A stretch of DNA of 60,316 nt from a virus. Its lineage: Duplodnaviria; Caudoviricetes. A program made the position numbers and the translations under genes. The stretch is taken from positions 1 through 60,316 of IMG/VR virus record IMGVR_UViG_3300018080_000195; one strand, written 5' to 3'. Below, piece by piece: positions 54,723 to 60,316 of the stretch. The stretch's first letter is position 1, and each line of letters opens with the position of its first letter. The notes beneath the pieces were generated by a model. The model was not told where the DNA came from, did not search any database, and worked only from the letters and a program-made list of their open reading frames with translations.

Positions 54723-55819
54723 TGCAATTAGAAAGAGAGGACTTGCTTCGTGCATTGGAGAAGCTACAACCCGGACTGTCTCCGAAGGAACTCGTGGAGC
54801 AGATGACTCAGTTCAACTTTCTCGGCAAATATCTCGTCACCTACAACGAGATCGTGAGTGTGTTCGTTCCTTTTGAGACGGACTTCGTTTGCTCCGTCAA
54901 AGCGGATGTGTTTCAGGGCATCCTTTCCAAGCTGACCGAGAAGGAGATGGAACTCAGCTTAGTGGAGAACCCGACAAAGGACAGTGAAGGAGAAGTCGTT
55001 GCTATCAGCTACTTCCTCAAACTACAAACAAAAACTGCGGAAGCAGAGTTTCCGGTACTGATAGAAGGGGACATCTCCGAAGCGATGCGTAACTTGCAGA
55101 AGGACATAGCAGATACGGAGTGGTTAGAGGTCCCGAAAGACTTCTCCAGTGGAGCATACGTCTGTATGTTCAGTGCATCACGCGACCCTGCTGATAACAC
55201 GATGACTTGCATCAGCATCGAAGGAGAGGACATCATCTCCTGCGACAACTCCAGAGCAACATGGTACAAGATGGAGTCCCCAATGGAGTCGTTCCTTGTG
55301 CAAGCAGATGTTGCAAAGGAGTTGAGGAAGTACAAACCGAATGGTTACAAGATCGGAGATAATTGGATTCATTTTCGCAACAGCGAAAACGGCATCATCT
55401 TCAATGCCCGCAGAGTGAAAGGAAAGATGCGAGACATTAGACCCTTCTTCGGAAAGGAAGGAATGAACTTCAACGTGCCTGCTGAGTTGAAGGAAGCACT
55501 TGAACTCGCAGGAGTCGTGAACGCTGAAGACAACCCTGCGGATCGACTTGTCGAACTTGCAATCAAGGACAAGAAAGCCGTCTGCTCCGCATGGAGAGAT
55601 GGAGGAGCACGGGTCAAGAAGCAAGTCTCCATTCCATTCTATCAAGGAGAGGAAGTGAGTTTCTTCATCAATCCAGATTTCATGATGGAGATCATAGATC
55701 ACTCCGAGACAGACAAGGACAGCGGGCAAAAGTCTCCGAAGATGATCATCAACATGGAGAAGAAGATGGCATACTTCGTCAACAAGAAGTTCGATCACGC
55801 TCTGCTCCTGAGAGCGTAG
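54719..55819 (+). CDS. DNA sliding clamp (beta-like)
   Basis: 366 aa; REDLLRALEKL...TYNE, EFP, SCDNSR, FFINPDFM; adjacent to the polymerase. Confidence 0.75.
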   Translation: MMQLEREDLLRALEKLQPGLSPKELVEQMTQFNFLGKYLVTYNEIVSVFVPFETDFVCSVKADVFQGILSKLTEKEMELSLVENPTKDSEGEVVAISYFLKLQTKTAEAEFPVLIEGDISEAMRNLQKDIADTEWLEVPKDFSSGAYVCMFSASRDPADNTMTCISIEGEDIISCDNSRATWYKMESPMESFLVQADVAKELRKYKPNGYKIGDNWIHFRNSENGIIFNARRVKGKMRDIRPFFGKEGMNFNVPAELKEALELAGVVNAEDNPADRLVELAIKDKKAVCSAWRDGGARVKKQVSIPFYQGEEVSFFINPDFMMEIIDHSETDKDSGQKSPKMIINMEKKMAYFVNKKFDHALLLRA

Positions 55820-55820
55820 C

Positions 55821-58436
55821 ATGAAAGGGTTCTTCTCAAGAGAAGAGATCGAACAGGACTTCGAGATACAGCAACTAGAAGATCCGCTTCCTGCTTGCAA
55901 AAAGTGTGGAATGCATGTCGGGTGTATGCACCCTAAGACAGAGTATACAGGAGACGGAAGGAAGAAGTGTCTCATCGTCGCGGAAGCGATGGGCCCTGAT
56001 GAAGACGAAGTAGGAAAGCAGTTAGTCGGACAAGTAGGACAGTGGTTCCGAGACTCTCTCTCCGACTATGATCTGGACTTGGATCGGGACTTCTGGAAGA
56101 TCAACGCTGTCAACTGCTTTCCTCACGACAAGGACAGACACGTCCGGAGTCCAACAAGAGCGGAAGTTGAATGCTGTCGTCCTCTAGTGGAGAAAGCAAT
56201 CCGTGAGACAAATCCTGAGTTCATCTGGATATTCGGCAACTCCGCCCTCGAATCCTTCTTCATGAAGGACTTCTCCAGACTCAAGATCACACGGTGGAGG
56301 AACACCTGCATTCCGGATCAGAAGTACAATGCTTGGATTCTTCCAATGTTTCATCCAAGCTACATCACTAGGAATCCGAACGACGACAATCTCCTCGCTT
56401 GCTTCGACTGGGACTTGAAGTATGCCGTCTCCTGTCTTAACAAGGAGCGTCCTCCAGTCATCAAGCCAAGAGAGCACGTTGTCTGTCTGACTGACCCTGT
56501 TGATGTTGTCACGCAACTTGAGGACATTCTGTCACGCGAGCCAGGATTTGTAGTCATTGACTACGAGACAAGCGGACTGAAACCACAAGCACCTGGACAC
56601 AAGATCGCTACAGTTGCAATCATGGAGGAAGGAAGCAGTGCAGCATACAGCTTTCCATTCCAGTACAGCGATCACTTCAATGTGCCAGAGCGTCTAGTTA
56701 TCAAGTCTTCAATGAGACAGATCCTCCGTCACAAGAAGATAGGAAAAGTCGCACACAACATGAAGTTCGAACACGCATGGGGTGAAAAGATCTTCGGAGT
56801 CTCCACGGAGAACTGGAAATGGGACACAATGCTCTGTGCTCACATACTGGACACGAGAAAAGGATTCTCTGGCCTGAAGTTTCAGAGTTATGTCAACTTT
56901 GGAATCCGTCCATACGACAAGCACATCAAGCAGTACTTGAAGGACACAGGATCAGGATTCAATAAGATAGACAACGCTCCACTGGACTCTCTTCTCCTGT
57001 ACGGTGGAATGGATGTAGTGCTAACCAGAATGCTGTACAGGAAACAGCTTGATCAGTTCACACTGACGGAAGGACTGAACGAGCGGAACAAGTTAGCGAA
57101 AGCTTACAGGTTTTTCCATGAAGGAAACCTTGCGCTTGCAGACGTACAGCGCAACGGGATCCCGATGGACGAAGAGTACTACGCAGAAAAGGACATGGAA
57201 CTAGCGGATAAAATAGACGACTTGTACGAGAAGTTAGCAGAGTCCAAGGAAGCAGAGCAGTTCAAGGAAGAGTTCGGCAGAGAGATCAACCTGAAAGGAA
57301 AAAGTTCGCAGAAGGATCTGACGAAACTGCTGACGGAAGTGCTAGATCTTGAGATGGAAAGGACGCTGAAGAATAACATAGTGACAGATGAGAAAGCACT
57401 GACTCGGCTAAACATTCCGTTCACGAATCAACTCCTGAAGCTTCGGAAGCTGGAGAAGATCCACGGCACATACTTCGCTGAGTTCAAGCGTGAGATGTGT
57501 GACGGACGGATGTTCCCGTTCTTTGATCTTGTGATTCCTAGATCACTCCGGTCGAGCAGTTCAAAGCCGAACTTCCAGAACATACCGAACAGAGAGGAGG
57601 AAGCAAAGAAGCTCTGTCGGAGTGGAATCATTCCATCCAAAGGAAATCAGATCCTAGAGAGCGACTTCAAAGGAATCGAAGTGTCTATTGCCGCGTGTTA
57701 CACACAGGACCCAACTCTTGTGGAGCACGTCACGGACCCGAACAACGACATGCATAGAGACTGCGCTGCTGATGTCTGGCTCCTAGACACAGATCAAGTC
57801 ACAAGTGAGATCCGTTTCTATGCTAAGAACTGTTGGGTCTTCCCGCAATTCTATGGATCGTACTTTGGAAACTGCGCGGAGGACTTGTGGGAGTCCGTCA
57901 TCGAGCAGGACTTGAAAGCTGCGAATGGAGAGTTCGTAGCTGATCACATACAGGATCAAGGAATCGACTCCTTGGACACGTTCAAGGAGCATTGTCAGGA
58001 CGTTGAGCGTGTTTTCTGGAACAGTCGCTTTCAAGTCTACAAGCAGTGGAAGGATAGGATACAGAGAGAGTTCAGGAAGAGGGGGTACTTCGAGACTTAC
58101 TTTGGATTCCGCTTTCACGGCTATCTGACGTACAATCAACTCTGTAATTACCCGATCCAAGGAACAGCATTCCATTGTCTGCTGTGGACTCTGATCGAAC
58201 TCCAAGACTGGGTAAAGCGAGAGAAGCTGCGCTCTCGGATCATCGGACAGATTCATGACTCCATAGTGTGGGACCTCAATCCGGAGGAGAGAGATACTGT
58301 CATCGAAAAGACAATCCAGTACGGAACAGTGGACATCGTAAGTGCTCACCCGTGGATCAATGTTCCACTTGAGATCGACTTCGAGATCACTCCTGTAGAC
58401 GGATCATGGTACGAGAAGGAGGAGATGCAAGTATGA
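55821..58436 (+). CDS. family A DNA polymerase with N-terminal family 4 UDG-like domain and 3'-5' exonuclease
   Basis: CKKC...C, AEAMG.DED, NAVNCFP, FHPSY (UDG-4); DYETSG, HNMKFE (exo); SSSKPNFQNIP, SDFKGIE, DMH, FYG, NYPIQG, QIHDS (Pol A). Confidence 0.95.
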   Translation: MKGFFSREEIEQDFEIQQLEDPLPACKKCGMHVGCMHPKTEYTGDGRKKCLIVAEAMGPDEDEVGKQLVGQVGQWFRDSLSDYDLDLDRDFWKINAVNCFPHDKDRHVRSPTRAEVECCRPLVEKAIRETNPEFIWIFGNSALESFFMKDFSRLKITRWRNTCIPDQKYNAWILPMFHPSYITRNPNDDNLLACFDWDLKYAVSCLNKERPPVIKPREHVVCLTDPVDVVTQLEDILSREPGFVVIDYETSGLKPQAPGHKIATVAIMEEGSSAAYSFPFQYSDHFNVPERLVIKSSMRQILRHKKIGKVAHNMKFEHAWGEKIFGVSTENWKWDTMLCAHILDTRKGFSGLKFQSYVNFGIRPYDKHIKQYLKDTGSGFNKIDNAPLDSLLLYGGMDVVLTRMLYRKQLDQFTLTEGLNERNKLAKAYRFFHEGNLALADVQRNGIPMDEEYYAEKDMELADKIDDLYEKLAESKEAEQFKEEFGREINLKGKSSQKDLTKLLTEVLDLEMERTLKNNIVTDEKALTRLNIPFTNQLLKLRKLEKIHGTYFAEFKREMCDGRMFPFFDLVIPRSLRSSSSKPNFQNIPNREEEAKKLCRSGIIPSKGNQILESDFKGIEVSIAACYTQDPTLVEHVTDPNNDMHRDCAADVWLLDTDQVTSEIRFYAKNCWVFPQFYGSYFGNCAEDLWESVIEQDLKAANGEFVADHIQDQGIDSLDTFKEHCQDVERVFWNSRFQVYKQWKDRIQREFRKRGYFETYFGFRFHGYLTYNQLCNYPIQGTAFHCLLWTLIELQDWVKREKLRSRIIGQIHDSIVWDLNPEERDTVIEKTIQYGTVDIVSAHPWINVPLEIDFEITPVDGSWYEKEEMQV

Positions 58437-58735
58437 GTTACCACATGCGGAGCAAAGAGTCGGAGGGCTCTGGATTCAAAGAAGTTGTAATCGGTCTTTC
58501 CGTATTCTTTCTTGCACTGTACGGTGTCGTCATGCTCTGTGTCTCTATTCACGAGTATTTCAAGCCGCAAGTAATTGATCCTGAACTGTACGACATACAA
58601 ACGGACATCATGAGCGATCATCTTGCAGACATGAGACAGGAAGAGGAGATGACAAGAGTACTGAAAGGCATCGAACAGCAACTAGAGAGAATGAATGAAA
58701 TTCAACTCAAAATCTACGAACGGGAAAGGAGATGA
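58433..58735 (+). CDS. membrane-anchored hypothetical protein
   Basis: TM segment VVIGLSVFFLALYGVVMLCV plus coiled coil. Confidence 0.65.
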   Translation: MSYHMRSKESEGSGFKEVVIGLSVFFLALYGVVMLCVSIHEYFKPQVIDPELYDIQTDIMSDHLADMRQEEEMTRVLKGIEQQLERMNEIQLKIYERERR

Positions 58736-58941
58736 AAATGCCACTGTTCGAAGTAGCAATCCTAGAGTTGCCGGAGAAGAAGAAGGACGGAAAAGGAAAG
58801 GAGAAACTTGTATTCGGACCAACGCCTGTGATTGCAGCAGATCCACAGTCCGCAGCGATCAACGCTGTACTGGATGAGCCGGACAAGCTGAAGAACATTG
58901 ACAGGAGCAGGATGCAGGTACTCGTGCGCCCTTTCTCGTAA
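58732..58941 (+). CDS. hypothetical protein
   Basis: PLFEVAIL...LVFGP.PVIA...QVLVRPF. Confidence 0.75.
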   Translation: MKMPLFEVAILELPEKKKDGKGKEKLVFGPTPVIAADPQSAAINAVLDEPDKLKNIDRSRMQVLVRPFS

Positions 58942-59132
58942 GCGGATCGGAGTATGATCAGCAGAAAGAGAGAGCGAGACAGACTAGGGGTCACCATAAG
59001 TACGACAACGAAATCTCTCTCCAGTACTCTGATCCGCCGGAACACAGCACATGGACCGTAATGAACGTAGCGACTCCAAAAGTTCAAACGTACTCCTACA
59101 CAGGAGATACACTCAGTACGGGAGGATAAAGC

Positions 59133-59390
59133 TTGCCCTCAGAACACAAGAAAGTAGCTGTTGTCATTCTCTACAAGGACAGGACATGGGAGCAGCGAGA
59201 CATGCAGTTCATGTTGCCCGTAAACGCTACGGACGAAGAGATCTACAGACACGCAGTACACGCAACAATGAGCAGTCTCGCAGCAGTCGGTGACATTGAG
59301 AAAGTCTACACTGTCTCTGTCATAAGTGGCACACAGGACATAGAAATCGAGTACAAGGAAAAGAAGGAAGAGGATGCCTCTACACACTGA
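59133..59390 (+). CDS. hypothetical protein
   Basis: TTG start after GGAGG. Confidence 0.55.
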   Translation: MPSEHKKVAVVILYKDRTWEQRDMQFMLPVNATDEEIYRHAVHATMSSLAAVGDIEKVYTVSVISGTQDIEIEYKEKKEEDASTH

Positions 59391-60316
59391 TTACAGGCCG
59401 GAAGAACTGGATCAAATCGTCGGAAACGAGACTCTGACGAAAGCGATCCGAGCAGCAATCACTAGAGACAATCCATTCAAGACGTTCCTACTCACTGGGC
59501 CGTCCGGATGCGGAAAGACAACTATCGCACGGATACTCAAGAATGAGCTAGGAATCTCTCAATTCGACTTCAAGTACTACAACGCATCGAACACAAGAGG
59601 AATAGACACAATCCGTGAAGTCATCATGGATATGCAGTTTGCGCCGATGGACGGAAAGTACAAGATGTACGTGTTTGACGAGTGCCATCAGTTGACTCCT
59701 CAAGCACAGGAAGCGTTGTTGAAGGACACGGAGGAGCCGCTTCCTCACATATTCTTTGTGTTCTGCACAACTGATCCGGACAGACTGAAAACTACGTTCA
59801 AGCGAAGAGGATTCCAAGGACAAGTCGAAAAGCTGATCCGGAAGGACATTATCAGTCTCTTGAAGGATGTTCTTGAAGCGGAGCTAGAGTTCCACAGAGA
59901 CAGAAAAGCGAAGATCAACGCAAGGAATCAGGAAGCGAAGAAGACAGACAAGAAGATCGCAAAGCTGGAACAGATCCCAGGAGAGATACTGTCAGCAGTA
60001 GCGGACGCTGCGGACGGGTCCCCAGGACAAGCGTTGAAGCTTCTGGATCAAGTCGTTGACATGGATGATCTGTCGAATGCTATCGACTCCTTGCAAGTTG
60101 TCTTCGGAGATGAGGTCACGATTCTGGAGTTAGCCCAGACGATTGCGGATCAGAGAATCCAAGTGGATACGAAGTGGAAGAAAGCACAGGAACTCCTGAA
60201 AGCGATGGAGATGGAGCCGGAAGTGATACGGAAAGGAATACTGACGTATCTCGGCAAAGTGATGCTAGGAGGAGGATCGTCCGTTCTTATTCGGATGATG
60301 ATCACAATCTTTTCAG
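59374..60316 (+). CDS. clamp loader AAA+ ATPase (DnaX gamma/tau-like), partial
   Basis: Hand translation MPLHTDYRPEELDQIVGN...GPSGCGKTTIARI...NASNTRGIDTIRE...FDECHQLT...ALLKDTEEP. Confidence 0.9.
   Translation, partial: MPLHTDYRPEELDQIVGNETLTKAIRAAITRDNPFKTFLLTGPSGCGKTTIARILKNELGISQFDFKYYNASNTRGIDTIREVIMDMQFAPMDGKYKMYVFDECHQLTPQAQEALLKDTEEPLPHIFFVFCTTDPDRLKTTFKRRGFQGQVEKLIRKDIISLLKDVLEAELEFHRDRKAKINARNQEAKKTDKKIAKLEQIPGEILSAVADAADGSPGQALKLLDQVVDMDDLSNAIDSLQVVFGDEVTILELAQTIADQRIQVDTKWKKAQELLKAMEMEPEVIRKGILTYLGKVMLGGGSSVLIRMMITIFS

Noticed and set aside
1-60316. Diversity-generating retroelement, retron or alternative genetic code
   Set aside because: No reverse transcriptase or TR/VR pair was seen, and long genes are intact under the standard code with all three stops used.

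Overview
A 60 kb stretch of a tailed dsDNA phage genome with two divergent arms; I found no integrase, tRNA or canonical CRISPR array. The left arm (1-29.4 kb, minus strand) carries packaging and virion genes: TerS-like, TerL, portal, protease/scaffold, decoration, major capsid, head-tail proteins, tail tube, tail chaperone with a -1 frameshift, tape measure. An ~11.5 kb cluster of glycosyltransferases, SAM methyltransferases, radical SAM enzymes, a SAM decarboxylase and a sulfotransferase interrupts it. The centre (29.6-32.3 kb) is a repeat- and palindrome-rich control or terminus-like region. Within it, ~2 kb (30036-32005) has every GG as GGA and every CC as TCC. The right arm (32.4-60.3 kb, plus strand) has many small early genes, two DNA methyltransferases, an SF2 helicase, primase, initiator-like protein, DnaB, sliding clamp, a UDG-fused family A polymerase and a clamp loader. 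The most striking item is at 47.6-49.2 kb. A stand-alone RAMP/Cas7-like gene is flanked by three non-coding arrays with a strict 5-nt period (N-A-Y-N-N), broken into ~40-70 nt units. This is a candidate non-CRISPR RNA-guided system. All protein calls are from motifs read by eye; no database searches were run.
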